A stretch of DNA of 64,000 bases from Mizuhopecten yessoensis (GCF_002113885.1 NW_018408913.1:513537-577536); one strand, 5' to 3'. Counted from the first letter of the stretch, positions 37,880 through 52,600 are shown. A program made the numbers and translations. Notes: generated from the letters alone by a model not told the origin.

Positions 37880-40800
37880 TATATTTTACTTAAAACCTTT
37901 TGCTGGATTTGGTGAAAAGTATAACGTGTCTGAATCCTCTGTATCTATCTACGGACAGATTTTCATTGCCAAATAAAAATAAACCTAAATTAACTGGATA
38001 TATATTCAACGAGCTTATGTTTTGAAAAAGTGTAACTCGTGCTGTATTAAAAAGCTTACATTCTGAGAGAAAAAATGGCCAACATCCTCACAGGAAGGTC
38101 CACAAGCACAGGATGGAATATCAACAAATTTAACACGGAACACATCATTTTTCAAAGAGCTGCACTGGTGCCCGAGAAAGATTTGAAAGTATTTCAAGAC
38201 GGTAATGTTATTATTGTATTGTCTAACGAATTCCAAAGACGTTAACTCGATGGCAGAAAAGAGGAGTTACTTGAGAAGAGTCTGAAAGAAGGAAGATTGC
38301 AATTATATTGGTTCCGTAAATTGTAACGATTGTTGTTACCCACTGTGTTTGGCAAAAGGGCCGATAGGTAGCTTGGGGTTAAATTGTTTTTCATTTCATA
38401 TAAAATATTAAACTTTCGCCTTTTTCTCCTCTCTGATAGTGTTTCTAAACCTGTTTCAAAATATAATGAATTATTACTTAAATTGTATACGAAGGCAGTC
38501 CTGTTATAACTCGAGCCGCCTCTCTTTGCGTTTTCTCTAATTTCTCAGATTCAGAAGCAGTGCAACCATCCCATAATTCAAAGGCATATTAAAACAAGAG
38601 GCCCAGAGGGCCTGTATCGCTCACCTGAATATGTTTAAAATAATTGGTATGAAGTAAAGATATAGCACTCCATGGTAGGTGCTGTAAGTACATATGAAAT
38701 TTCAGAAAGATCCATCCAGTACTTGAGATATAGCGAGAACAAACTTCAAACAGAGCCCCACCCCTATGCCCCTAGGGGGTCATACCCACTGTTTATACAG
38801 AATTGAGTCCCCTTGGCCCAAGGATGCTCCAGACTAAATAAGGATAAAATCCAGTCATTCGTACAGAAGAAGGTATTTGAAGAATTTGCTATGTTTCCCC
38901 TATCGGGCCCATCCTTCTGCCCCCAGGGGGGTCACACTCACTGTTTATAAAAAATGGAGTCCCCTTGGCCCAAGGATGCTCCAGACTAAATTAGGATAAA
39001 ATCCCTTAACCCCTATGGTAGAAGAACGATTTTAAAGGTTTTACCTCTATTTCCCCTATTGGGCCCCACCTCTCTGCCTCCAGGGGGTCAGACACACTGT
39101 TTATACAAAAGTTGTTCCCTTTTACCTAAGGATGCTTCATACCAAATTTGGACAAGTCCTGTCATTCCTACAGAAGATGAAGGATTTTGAAGAATTTGCT
39201 ATGTTTCCCCTATTGGGCCCATCCTCCCTTCTGCCCCCAGGGGGGCCACACTCGCTATTTATATGAAATTGAGTCCCTTTTGCCCAAGGATGCTCCAGAC
39301 TAAATTAGGATAAAATCCCTTACTCCATATGGTAGAAGAAGGATTACAAAATGTATAAAGGTTTGACCTCTATTTCCCCTATTGGGCCCCACCCCTCAGG
39401 TCCCAGAGGGGCTACACCCACCGTTTATACAAAATAGGTTCCCCTTCACCCAAGGATGCACCACACCAAATATGGACCAAATCTTTTCATTCCTACAGAA
39501 GAAGAAGGATTTTGAAGAATTTGCTATGTTTCCCCTATTTGGCCCCGCCCCTCAGCCCCCAGGGGGGCCAGACACACCGTTTATACAAAATTGTTTCCCC
39601 TTCACCCAAGAATGCTTCAGACTAAATATGAACCAAATCCTTTCACTCCTACAGAAGAAGATATGATTTTAAAGAATTTATTATGTTTCCCCTATTGGGC
39701 CCAACCCCTCAGGCCCATGGGGGGCCAGACCCACCGTTTATACAAAATGGGTTCCCCTTCACCCAAGGATGCTTCATGCCAAATATGGAACAAATCCTTT
39801 CATTCCTACAGAAGAAGAATAATTTTAAAGAATTTGTTATATTTCCCCTATTGGGCCACACCCCTCAGCCCCCAGGGGAGCCAGACACACCGTTTATACA
39901 AAATTGGTTCCCCTTCACCCAAAAATGCTTCAGACCAAATATGGCCCAAATCCTTCCATCCTACAAAAGAAGAAGGATTTTAAAGAATTTATTATGTTTC
40001 CCCTGTTGGGCCCCACCCCTCAGGCCCAAGGGGGGCCAGACCCTCCGTTTATACAAAATTGGTTCCCCTTCACCCAAGGATGCTTCATGCCAAATATGAC
40101 AAATCCTTTAATTCCTACAAAAGAAGAAGGATTTTAAAGATTTTTTTATATTTCCCCTATTGGGCCATGCCCCTCAGCCCCCAGGGGGGCCAGACCCACC
40201 ATTTATACAAAATTTGTTCCCCTTCCCAAGGCTGCTTCTGACCAAATTTGGTCAAAATCTTCTCAGTCCTTCATGATTAGTAGTGTTTTAAAGGAAAAGT
40301 TGACGGACGGACGACGGACGCTGGGGTGAGCTAAAAATGGTAAAATGAAAGATTTATGTATTTTTAAAAGCTAATTCTTTTCAATATGTATTTATCATAA
40401 CCGAGCTATAATCTTCCTCAACATGACTCACCCATTTTCCATTTGAATTGAAATTTACTCTTAAATGTCTATGTACTTCTGTAAAATTTAAAGTATCCCC
40501 ATCAAACATCAAATCAAAGTCATCCTCAATATTGTTTGCATTTGAAATAAAAAGAACGTCCGTTTTTTTGAGGATTAAAAGAAGCCAGCCAACGTTTAGC
40601 TCACTGTTTAGTCCCTGTTGAGAACAGCATGTATTTCATAGCATGAAAAGCAGAATAAAGTAAGGATGTATCATCTGCAAATAGCCTAGAGGCCGAATCA
40701 AGTACATCAGTAATATCATTAATATGCATCAAAAAGAGAAGCGGCCCGAGTATTGAACTCTGAGGTACAGTTGCGTCAATATTACCTAGTTCCGAATATG

Positions 40801-41600
40801 AATTTCCAATTAAGACTTACTGTTTGCGCTGGTGTAGATAATTTAGAGCCAATGCAATGATTCCCCTGAAATTCTGTATGCTCCCAACTTTGCTATCAGG
40901 CCCCTGTGCCAAACACGACCAAATGCTTTTGATATATCACAAAAAAAATCAAATATTATGGTAGATATCAATAAGTTGATAAACAGGAAAATGACAAGGC
41001 ATACAACCTGACTGGTATCGATAAAACAAGTGATTAAAAAATAAATGTATACAAATGTTTGTTAACTACACGCTCAAACACTTTACCAAATGTAGTAGTG
41101 ATATAGGTCTATAATTACACGAAGTATGACGATCACCCTTTTTAAAAAGCGGCATAACGGTTGCAACTTTCCATTTATTTGGATACACACATGAAGAAAG
41201 TGACATTTTAAAAAGTATTTCAAGTGGTTTTGTAGATAGATTTAGCAATAAACTTCAGCACATGGTCACTAAATCTCATCCCCCCACAAAGCTTTCCCTA
41301 GCTTTGTAAAACATTTTTGATACAAAACGCTTATCTGTTTTGGATTCAATTATCAGAACTGGAAAATCAACATCATTAACAAGAGTAATACATTATACTA
41401 CAGAAATAATTACATTATATAAGGTAAACGGGGGCTTTATCCTCAACGTTAGAAAAAGTGCTATTTGTCGCTGGGTCCGTCATTGAAGGAATGTTTTGGT
41501 AATGTCCATAGGATAAGTCGTTTTACTAGTTTCCAATAAGACAGAAGGAGTCGGGCATTTTTTTAATATTATTTACCTTGTTTCGCGTAGCTTTAAATTT
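37880..41600 (-). mobile_element. Decayed LINE ORF2 (same family as 27338-28330), interrupted by HINE 38593-40337
   Basis: YPNKWKVATVMPLFKKGD..NYRPISLL, FCDISKAFGRVWHRGL, VPQSSILGPLLFLMHINDI, RLFADDTSL, EYA.ELWDGC, LETLSERRKRRKF, CACGPSCEDVGHFF. The 3' end AAAACCT.TTGCTGGATTTG matches position 27401. Confidence 0.85.
38593..40337 (+). mobile_element. HINE / pearl-like non-autonomous Helentron element, family 1, ~10 x ~156-bp core repeats
   Basis: 5' AACAAGAGGCCCAGAGGGCCTGTATCGCTCACCTG; core period 155-157 (CCCCTTCACCCAAGGATGC at 39441, 39597, 39754, 39910, 40065); GACG microsatellite; 3' GGTGAGCTAAAAA. Inserted in an A/T run with no obvious TSD. Confidence 0.85.
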
Positions 41601-43722
41601 CAATGCCTGAAAGTTGGAGTGTTGCCCTGTTTCTCTCGTGATTTATGTTCTTTATCTTCCGTTGTGCGATTATTTAGTTATGACGAGATAATCCTGTGGA
41701 TAAGTTTAGTAACTTGAGAAAATAACAAAAATATTACATATTGGCACAAGTATTTTTAAGTTCCCATGATGACTCATCACATATTTCAAACCAATCAACA
41801 GGGGTAATTGAAAATATTGCGAGAGAAAACTTTAGATAATTATCTTCTATGAAGCAAATGTTTGTTACAATACTGAAACTGCTTTGCCCAATTTATCTTT
41901 CCTTTTCTATGTACCAAAATAACTCCAAAAAGTATTTATTTGATTCAGACACACCTGTTATGATCAATACACACACCCAGTAATAACCTGTAGGAGATCA
42001 TTTGACCACAAGATGTAGATTTTGAGTTTGTTAAGAGTTTGGACTTGAATGAGGGAGTTTCGAGGGAGGTTGGTAAATTTTGGTCAAATGAGGGAGTCTC
42101 CCTCCAAATGAAGGAGGGTTGACAGCTATGCAAAGGATATTCATTTCTAGAGTGGACGGTTGACTTCTTAGACTTATTTCTTCTTGTAGATATTGTAAGG
42201 CCTGAAGAAGCATTCTCCGCTGCATGTATATATGGAGAGAAGGCTGGAGACATGTTCTTTCTGTAGGGCGCTTGGATGGGATCACAATCTCTCCTTCTAT
42301 CCTTGGGGGTGAGAGATTCTATTAATCCATGCCTTCCAGTATATATTACTGGTAGCCTTGTCCTGTAGAGGCCAGTGAGGATAAGGATTTCTTCTCATTG
42401 AAATGGGGAATGATGGGAGTTACTTTCTCCAATCTTTCATTTTGACAAGTTTTACTACAGGTTTAGATATATCTATAATTAATTACTGGTATGATAATAT
42501 TATATACAGGTTGCATTTTGATGGACATGACATGTAACATGTAGAATCCTATGGCGAAACAATACAGTAAAAATCAATTACATGTATATTTTTCTGAGAT
42601 TTTATTATTAAACATAGCATATGATACATCAAACATAAATTCTTCAAAATGAGTAAACAAAATGTAATTTATTTTTCTTATACTGGCAATATATTGATTT
42701 GTCATGAAATTACATTATTTTTTACATAAAGAATTTCTTTAGTATGGTCATATTTCTACAATGTATGGGAGGTGAACATTCTACAATGTATGTGAAGTGA
42801 ACATTCTACAATGTATGTGAGGTGAACACAAAAACAAAATAGAATTTAGAAGATCTTGGCTTGTAGCCTTGTATGATAAACCACAAACACAGAGGATTTA
42901 CATGTAATGTATGCTAATACTGATAATAAATCAAACAGTTCACTCAAAGAGGTAAGATTTCAAACACCATTTGTAAAATAGTACCTCGATCAATTTTTGT
43001 ATTGATGAATTAACATAATTGAAAATAAATAAAAGAATGAATGAAAATATAATAGAAACCGTCTTTGCAACCACACATCATTTGTATCACTGACTCTCGC
43101 AATGTTTATATTCCATTTTCTATTTGGACACACTACTTTTTCCTTTTTGTAGGTAATGGTATTGCAAAGAATTTTACCTACACATATATATGGGCCAGAA
43201 TCATATTAATAGGCTGTATACACCTTTGGCCATTATATCACTTGGTCTTTGAGCCTTAAGAGGGTAATACTCCTGTATCACTCAGCAACCAATAAGTCTT
43301 ATATGCTGCATTTATGAAAACAGAAATTATCTTGAATGTAGAATGCAGCTATAGTATGTTATTTTATGATTTACATGAGTTGCACTTCTTCCCTCATATC
43401 AGTCATGACTACTGGAAGCAGACCTCCTGATCTTTGTATGGGTCAAATATTCCCTCTGTGGCCCAGTGTATTACCCTTCTGTGTCAGTTAGCATGATCTT
43501 TTCTCCCTAGCAGTTGCCAGAGGATGCAATCACCACGGTTATTTGTGGAATTCAAATACACCAACTGTAAAGTCATAACTCATGACTTTTTGTTGACATG
43601 CAACTGATATAGTCATGGATTATAATCTTAATACAGATTTTGGTAAAATCCAGCTAAATCCTGCAACAACCAATATGTTGAGTCTTGAATGTTGATATTT
43701 AAAGTAAGTTTGAAGCTCATCC

Positions 43723-46700
43723 TCACATGCGGTTAAGTTTTGTGACCACCAGGACACGTAATGTCTGATCAAATGAGGTACAAACACAGAGTCCCTCCTT
43801 GTCTGGACTCCAGTCTAGGGAACTGATTGGTTGTGTTGTCATGGTAATATTCTGTGCGAGGTTCACAGTCCCAGGAACTCCCCTCTCATTCCCTTCACTG
43901 TCCTTTTCCACTCGCTGGTGGGGGTATGAACTAGGGCAAAAAATACAATTATCAACATGTGTACACGATTTGTTTGTTGCTCTATTACAAATACAAGGGC
44001 TGAGATTTCATACATATAATGCTTGTAACTATTTGAGGAAGATGCTAGCTACTTGGAGATCAACCAAAGTAAGGTCTGAAATAGTGGTACACCTATGATT
44101 CAATATATAAGACAATTTCATACGACTGGTTGGTATAAAGGTGATATGACACTGGTGATTTTTCATAATTACAAGTCTACTAGAATTCAACCAATATTTA
44201 AACAAAACCATTCACATGTTATCATCAGAAACAAGTTTTTAAACTGTGAGCAAATCATCTTCCACGATACCCTTTATCATCTTTTAAAACTTACTATTTC
44301 CATAAGAAAAGTGATCCATTTCCTCCCAATGTCATGAAGATGTCCCTGTTCTGTGGTAGATGTCTCGCTCCCCACACGGTTGATTTATGTGCCTGTAATA
44401 CAGAAATATTGAGAGTCAGTAAATACCATTATACTACATTAACAGTAAAGACCTCTTGGTAACTGTTAAGTACAATGTTTATATATAAATATAATTACGA
44501 AAAAGTAGTCACTGATTTTACAGTACTGTACCGGTAGTATAAAGGGAATATATATGATACTGTATCTTGTTTAAAACAAAGTAGCAAGTTAGCATACAAT
44601 ATACTATGTTTAAAGTATGATAGTTAATGATAATACAAAACTATGTTAGCAGTAATGTAGTCGGTGAGTATGCAGTGCTACGTTCACAGTAGAGTTTACA
44701 ATACCTTGCTCGCATTAAAGTTCACTGTGAATATATTTCATACTACCGGTATGCATAAAGTAAATCAAAAGAACCGTAGTCCAGGAATATTAGGATGCAA
44801 TACTAAACTAGCATGCTAAGAGTAAAGAAACCAGCGAGTAAACATTGTGGTCTTTAACAGACTGATACTGTACCTTTTCAGACACACTGGCAAATCCTTT
44901 TGTAGGATGCTGAGTTCTCATGTCAAACACATGGAATTTTGACTCTAATGTTGTTGCAACTAGTTTGTTCATACTGATATCCTTCCTGTCAAATTCTAGA
45001 CCGCAAACCTTTGAAAATACATATAAACACACATAAAAATCGATTTTTATACTCTTTTCGTCATTGTTATTAGTGACACAGCTGTCATAATAAAACAGCA
45101 GAATTATCAAGCAAATATCCATCTTTTTGACAACCTGTGATGTTTTGTTTTTGGCAATCTTATCAGTAAATCTCTTTACCAGAAAAATATCTTTGGTGAT
45201 CATAGATGACCAAACTACATTTAACATTGTGATGATTTTGCTTAACTTACACCATTTTTAACATTATTCTCCCAACGAAGCTGCATGTTTCTCAGGTCAA
45301 ATAACTTGATATCACCATTGTCATAGCCTGCACAAACACATCTGTCTGCCTGGTTATAGGCGTGACCTAAACAGCAAAACAATGGCATTATCCTCATTAT
45401 GTACTGTATCTTCAGGATACGACATCATCAAACTTTTATACAACAGTTACATGTGGATAGGAATATTTTTTATCTAAAGTAGAAAGGACAATATTTTCAA
45501 TAACAATATGTAACCTAGAAACTAATATATCAATCCCTTGACAAAATCATGGTAACTGAAATTTGCTAACTGCTTAACTATCAGATCTCCCCATATTGAA
45601 TATTGATACATAAGGGGTGGGGATTTAGTCCATTCTTGAATATAAATTCTGATCCTCATCAACTATTAAAGGACGGTTTTATGAAATGTTTGGTCAAAAT
45701 TCAACATTATGTTTCGCATTCCATGATCCCTTATGTTCATGTCCTAAGCTTTGTTGGATATGACCTCAAGATGTTAAAATATGTAAGTTTTCTGCTTAAG
45801 ATGAGAATAAATGAAATTATTACCAAATACTACTGTCCAGCAGTCCCGTTTATCCTGGCCCTCCCCTGGCTCCATTGTGGCCACAGGCTCATTCTTCTGA
45901 CGAGGGTCCCAGACCTTAACTGCACCTGGACCATAGAAAAGAGCATGTGGATGTACATAATACCATATTGTACAATACCTAATCAATATCACTAAGCTAA
46001 ATTTAAGGTTAATATCATATTTATATCATAGATACATTTTGTGTATTTTACATATTTCTTTTTTCTAAACTCTTGCTCAAGGTTTTGATTGGTCCTATAC
46101 ATAAGGGGTAAGAATATATTTACACATTGTTCAAGCTTGGAATTATTTTCCAAAAAACATTTTTTAGACAACTGTTTGTAACGAGTACAAACATCTGCTT
46201 TGACTGAATTTACATTTTGATTGCAATTTGTCTTACCATCTCTGCTTCCTGTGACAATTTCTGGAGCCCCCTCACCAATACCTAGGCCTCCAACACCATC
46301 AATAGCATTGACAATTTCTTTGTGTGCCTTCACAGAGTAAATTGGTAACTCTGGTTGTTCAAGATTCCTACACAAATAATAGAAGTGGTTTTTTTTTAAT
46401 TTATTGATGTAAGAGAACACACATGCCTTCACTTGCCATACCAATTTATTTTGGTTTTTTTGGTTTGGTACATGTATATCAATATACATGTATGTAAATG
46501 GAAGCAACTAGAACAGTAAACCATAGGCTAACTAATACCCCTTGCTCCCGTATAGAAAAACATCAGAACCAGGTAATTCTGTTGACCTGTTGCATATTCC
46601 TAGTCTCCTGTTAAACAATGATGACAATATGATAAAATGTTTATTAAGAACAGTAATAGCTTATATAATTAAACACACATCATTATCTGACAGTTGAATT

Positions 46701-47754
46701 CAAATTCAATTTGTGTCTTCCTTCTTTTGTCAATTATATATCTCATGCATTTGGAATTTTTATTTAATCTATAAGAAAATAAATGTTTAAAAGGATTGTT
46801 GATTTCTAAGACACATTATCTACAGCATTGAAAATCATTCTCATTAGGAACAGAAAGGGATGTGTTTTCTACTGGATAAAACTACAGGGAAAGTGTATAT
46901 TCTCATTTAGTGTGTCTGTTAATGTCTGAAATTCTGAGGAGTAATGAATAATGGATATTATGTCATGTCCTGGTGTATACTGAACTAGTGCGGCTGTTGG
47001 TAGCAATTTGATTGCTTATTGAAAAATAGAAGGGAATAATTTTGAGCATATGAACTCTTACCATATGTGCATTTTCCCATCAAAGTCTCCAGTGGCTAAA
47101 TATCTCTGTTGTAGACTTGATGCTCCAAATGTCCCACATTTAAAGCCCTTGGACTTTTCCACCTGAATAAAATTGTCACAAGTTAATGGTATCCAAAAAA
47201 TGAAATCGTAATATAATTTATTTTGAATTAATTCATAAGCATATCAAGAAATGTTATGACAGTGGAATGTGTCAAATGTATTGGGTTATACTGTCATACA
47301 GTGAGCTACTAATAAACTTTAAAACAACAGAAAAATGGAACTTGCAACTTGGTTCGGGTACCCAACAGTCCAAGCAGTGATTTTTCTTCTTCCTTTCCAA
47401 ATCACCCACAAAAAAATCATGATTGCCAACTGAAATAATGAGCGCGTCCCATCTCTGTACAGCTGGACCCCCCCCCCCCATAGTCAACAAAACTATCCCA
47501 TTGGCAGATAGCATTTCGTCAATTAAATCTATATACATAGGTTATAAATTGTCAAAAAGCCAAAATAAATATTTAATCACCTCTTTGACAATAGTTGCAT
47601 CTCCGTGTGAAACCTCATATATCTGTATGGCACCGGTTCCGCGTGCATGGTTACCGAGGACCACGAACTTGGCACTAGACGGGATCCATTTTGCGTCGAA
47701 AAGAGTGAAGTTGACCGATTTTTGGATATGTGCAATTATCTGTGGTTTATCCAT
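43723..47754 (-). CDS. WDR92: WD repeat-containing protein 92 (DNAAF10/Monad), 354 aa. Exons (minus): 47754-47581, 47162-47062, 46367-46237, 45925-45824, 45366-45251, 45008-44874, 44392-44295, 43930-43723
   Basis: [128 protein letters not shown]; 1065 nt in frame. Confidence 0.96.
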
Positions 47755-48110
47755 GGTCGTACTTCTGTTTACAGATGCTGACGTTGTGTTGATTTAGTTT
47801 GGAAATAATGGGCAAACGCCAAAACAAGAATAAACAAGAAAGCGAGATTCTTCTGGAAGCCGAACGGAAGTTGATTTTTTCTCACCTCCACAGCAAAAGA
47901 GCGATGTAAATATTACGACAGACACTGCAGCTGTGCTCGGGTACAAACTTACTGTTTTTTAACATATGGTGCGGATTTACTTGTTAGGTTACACATATGT
48001 AATGTCAAAATATAACAGTTACCAACACATCTAAATCAAGATCGACGTATATGGTGTAAATAGTGAATTTGGTGTACTATTCTATATTAATACTGACTTC
48101 CGGTAGTACA
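47755..48110. promoter_or_regulatory. Probable bidirectional promoter for WDR92 and RRP36
   Basis: Divergent genes; locally CpG-richer; ETS-type motifs CGGAAGT (47865) and ACTTCCGGT (48096). RRP36's first coding exon is preceded by a splice acceptor at 49607, implying an upstream UTR exon. Confidence 0.5.
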
Positions 48111-48599
48111 CGCGGAACCTCTCTGCTCTGCATTATATATGCACCCATTTCGACCCGTTATGGAAAATTTAATTCCCCACTCCCTCCATCCACATCACCA
48201 AAACTTCGGGCAAGATTAATCTTTATGTAGGGATCGAGACCCCTCTGTCTTCACTATTGTGATGTTGTCACTCATCCTGTCAGTGGAAAGTTGTCATCAT
48301 TGTCTTCTACATGACACCTGTACATGTATGTGATGACATATGTGGCACAGCTTAAATAGTTAATTCGTGTACGATATGCTGATTAAGGTTTTTCATCTAG
48401 GCTCATGTCACTCAATGTATAAAGTTCGTTATGGGCTAAATAATTTTCCTTAAAATATAAAAGATGGAGGTAACAAATTTTCTACATTGATGAGCACTGA
48501 TGAAATGCCTTAAAAATCATCCATTCTACAGTCCACTGGAAACCTGTATTAATTAAATGCTTCTGAGTGTTCTAGCCACATAATGTGACTTGTTTGTCA

Positions 48600-48790
48600 G
48601 GTAGTAAATAATTCAAGGCTGTCAATGTGAAGAAACCCTGCTGTTTATCCGGAAACATTCCTTCCTTCACCGAACCGTGGATATATGGAACGGCCTGCCA
48701 TAGGAGGTCGTAATGTCACTAACAGTCCGAGCATTTGAACATAGCCTTGACCGTCATTGAAAGAATCAACCACTTGTGTATAACCACAGG
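48600..48790 (+). mobile_element. Short 3' fragment of a CR1-type LINE
   Basis: Translates to RTVDIWNGLP*EVVMSLTVRAFEHSLDRH, resembling the conserved CR1 ORF2 C-terminus (WNxLP..FKxxLD). Confidence 0.55.
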
Positions 48791-49626
48791 GAAGCCATTG
48801 AAGTCACACATACTAATGGTCATTGATTGAACTTTAACGAAAATATCACATTTGAACATTTAAAAATTGCGATATACAAGAGAAACCCATATACGTACCA
48901 ACATTTTTATTTTTGAACCACACTTATTCAATTCACAATGTTACTGTAATATAATTACTTATCATTGAACATCTGTTCTATATGGAACTGTGCAGCTATC
49001 TGTAATGGACTCGCAAAAAAAATGCTCAGAAATCATGTTATTAATATGTTTAACCAACTATATGTACTATTGTAACTTTTATAATTGACAGCAGAGGAAA
49101 TTGTACCTAATAAATCTGTGTATCTGTTCTCTTTTGATGTTAACAAGTAGAACAGTGTGAGGAAAGTTTTGGATAGAACTGCTTTGTGTGTATCACTTAA
49201 AGTGACCATGACATTTACACATGAACTATGTGATGTATACATATACTTTTAAGAAATGACAGTTAAGATGCCTTCCTTCTCACTGCAGAGTCTACTAATA
49301 TTAAATTGCAAATCAAGATGTCTGATATCTTTGTGTATCATTTTTTTACCGACAAGGATTATACATCATGAGAAGCCATTGGCTTAACTAGATGTCAACC
49401 AGTGATTCAGTTTACTGACTGATGAAACACAAAATGTCAGTAGCACCAATACCACCTAATGCTATTCTACCAGCAATATATTCATCAACACCAATTCTAC
49501 CAAATGTTATTTTATCTTTATACTAAAAAGCTAAGAGACCACATTTGTATAAACAGTAAGTGTTATCACTGAGCCTAATGAAAAATTAACATACTTTTCT
49601 GTTACAGAAGAAAACAAAATAGTGTC

Positions 49627-52600
49627 ATGGATCAACATCCTGTTGATGACGAGGGCCAAACCGATGATAGATTAAGAGAAAGTGGACAAAAGACAAAATT
49701 CATGAAAGAAAACAAAAAACAAAAAAGATCAATATTAACTAAAAGTTCTGATAAAAGCAGAGTTACATTGATGCCAAATAGTGATGAAGGTGAAACCTAC
49801 AAAAGTCAAAGGAAAATAAAGTCAAAACAATTCTCTGGTCAAGATGATGAAATGATTCATAGAAAGAAAACGAAAAGTACAAAATATAAGAAAGAAGAGG
49901 ATGAATTTGAGGAGAGTTCAGAAGGAGAAGATGTGGATGAACAGTCTGAGATGGAATCTACAGATGAAGATATCAACCATGAAGAATATGTAAGTGTTTA
50001 ATATGCAGCAAACTTCACTTGCTAAGGTATCATTAAAAATCTTAAAAGATGGCAGTTATTTTTTGTAGTAAAATTCATTTTAATGTTGGAAAATGAAACA
50101 GTTTAGAACTTATATTTCTATTAACATTCTTTAAAGTTATTTCATACAAACATGTTTCATCATTGTTCTTATGATGTTTTTATCACCCTGTCCTCCTTTA
50201 TTTACAGGCAGCCATGCGTGAAGGTAAGACATGTCTGTTTCTCAATGTCTTAACAAAACTGTGAATATTTTATCCTACACTAGTGTCCAGTTAAATCTCG
50301 ACATGTTCGAGAGACAATCTCCACTTATAAACCACCTGTGACAAGAAACCACTTTAAAACCACCCAATGTAATGGTTTTCATGGTATCTGAAACTGCATT
50401 AACAGACCACCTGCAATAAGATATCACTTTACAGCTTTCCCAAATGGTCTCTGAAAACAGGTTTAATGGAATGTGATTTTATGATGAGTGAAAAGCACTG
50501 AAAGGCCCTAAGCAAACTGTGATAGTATGTCAGATGATATCAGTAATATTCTGTATCGGTATTAGTGTGCTTAGGAAGGGTGCATTTACGTACATTTTTT
50601 TGGGACAACCCTTCATCTCTCCTCTCCATTGAAATTTGTTTTTGTTATGAACAAGGGAAAGATTCTTTAACGTGGCTCTTGACATGTTGTTTTAGAAATA
50701 GCAAACATGCCGTTTGAGGATTTAATCAAGTTAAAGGAAAGGCTTGGAACAAAAGCGTAAGTATTCATGTTGTGGAAACATGTAAGTCTAGACCTGACTC
50801 TGACACTCAAAGCTCGAATATTAGAAATACAGTTTTGTAATACATTATTATGTTGTATGTTTGTGTAGTGGGTGTAAAAGAAATGATCATCTTGTTTTGT
50901 CACATTTACATAGCTTGAAATGGCTTTCAAAATGAATAATAATTCTTTTTTTTCTCTCTCTAATTTATAAACCAAAAAAGGGCATTTCAAAATGAATGAT
51001 CACTTTCTTGTCTGTCATTGATTTACTGTACCATAAAGAGGGTATCAAAATGAGCATACATGCACATGAATAATTGATTATTCTCACAACTATGAACGAG
51101 TTTAATTCATGTCAACAACTTAGTAAAACCCCTTGAGGTTATGCAGATGACCCCCTACATATCCAGATCTGATTGGGTATTCAAAAAATGGCTGTTTGTG
51201 AAGGCCAGTGTGCTCATTATTTGCACCACCTGACCACAATCTATTGTAAGACAATACCAGTAAAAAGATTTGATTTAATATTCTATCCTTCTACCATTAA
51301 ATCTCACGGATTTTCAAACGGAATAATTCACATTCACTGTTCCAGATACAACAAGGCCATGCACAAAGACAAACCCCTGGGTGTGAGGGGCAGGCAGCAG
51401 TTCAAAAGGAAAAACAAAAACAGGTACAGAAGCTAGCTGCCTTTAATCATTTCAAAGTAATTCATGTGTCAATCTATTACTAATATTAATACCCAGCCTC
51501 CTCCGCCCAGAAATGACGATGCAATATTAAAAAAATCTCGTCGTCAGAAAGCTACGTTATCGCAGCTAGTGTCAATCAGGTGAAAATTAACGTTTGTTTG
51601 GCATAGACTGACTGACTGGGGCTTAATGTGCCAACCCAAACATTTTTTTTACTCTGAGAGAGTAGGTATAACAACTGAACTTTATGCAGAAACAGCTTTG
51701 ATACTTTGTTATTAGTGTTTTATATTATTGAAGAAGTAAATAAAGAATATTCTTCTTGAACACCTTGGTGTTGCTCATTATCAACCATCTATTTTTATAT
51801 TGTGGGAAAAATGGATTTTTTTTCCTACCTACCGACCCAAACTTTAAGTGGTGGTTTGGTCAAAGCCAAACAGAATTTTTAAGATTGGCCTCATTTGGGT
51901 GGTTGACCTAAAATTGGGTCGATAATATAATGAACAAAGTTATGTGCTATATGTAAGTGCGTAATCTAACTTATCAATGTTCTCAGCAAAAGATTTAAAA
52001 ATGTATGATTTTGTTTTAATGTACTGAATCAGCATAAAAGATTAATCATTCGTGCAATAAAATTTTACAATAAATATGATGTTACAGGAGAAAAACATTG
52101 GGTATGAGAGTTAGGCATTATGGAGTACTTCTCTTAATTTTTCCTCGCAATTTATGGTGATAAATTGGTTTATTCTTGACTATTCTCAGACCAATGGAGA
52201 TGTCATCAAAGAGACGTGCGCCTGCGGTCAGAGAGATTATCCCTGTAAAGAAAAAGGTAAAAAAAACATTTGCTTCACATAAGCCAAAAGAAGATTTCAA
52301 AAACTCTAAAGCATTCTTGGAACTGAAAAAGAATGGCTATTACATGCATATTTGATTTGCTACCCAATTGAAGAAATTATATAGACTTCATCCTAATATT
52401 TATTGTAGATACTGAAAACCTCCACAAAATCATGCGTCCCAAGACAGTGTTTGATGTAGAGTTATTTGAATAACATTAGCATTGCAACCGTCATCATGAA
52501 TTCAACCAATATAGCAGGATCTAGCCATGAGCAGTGTGTGAGAATTGTATGCTAATGAGATTGTCTTGTGAGCATTTGTTAGAGGATTTTCTCATATATT

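Noticed and set aside
39382-40241. Pro/Gly-rich repeated ORFs
   Set aside because: Products of the 156-bp HINE core; frames shift between units.
42754-42828. 25-bp x3 tandem repeat (also a 22-bp x2 duplication near 2116-2160)
   Set aside because: Ordinary slippage duplications with no further structure.
50288-50469. Possible pogo/Tigger-like MITE (CAGTTAAA..ACCACCTG x2..CAGGTTTAATG)
   Set aside because: Termini too degenerate to define TIRs or a TSD.
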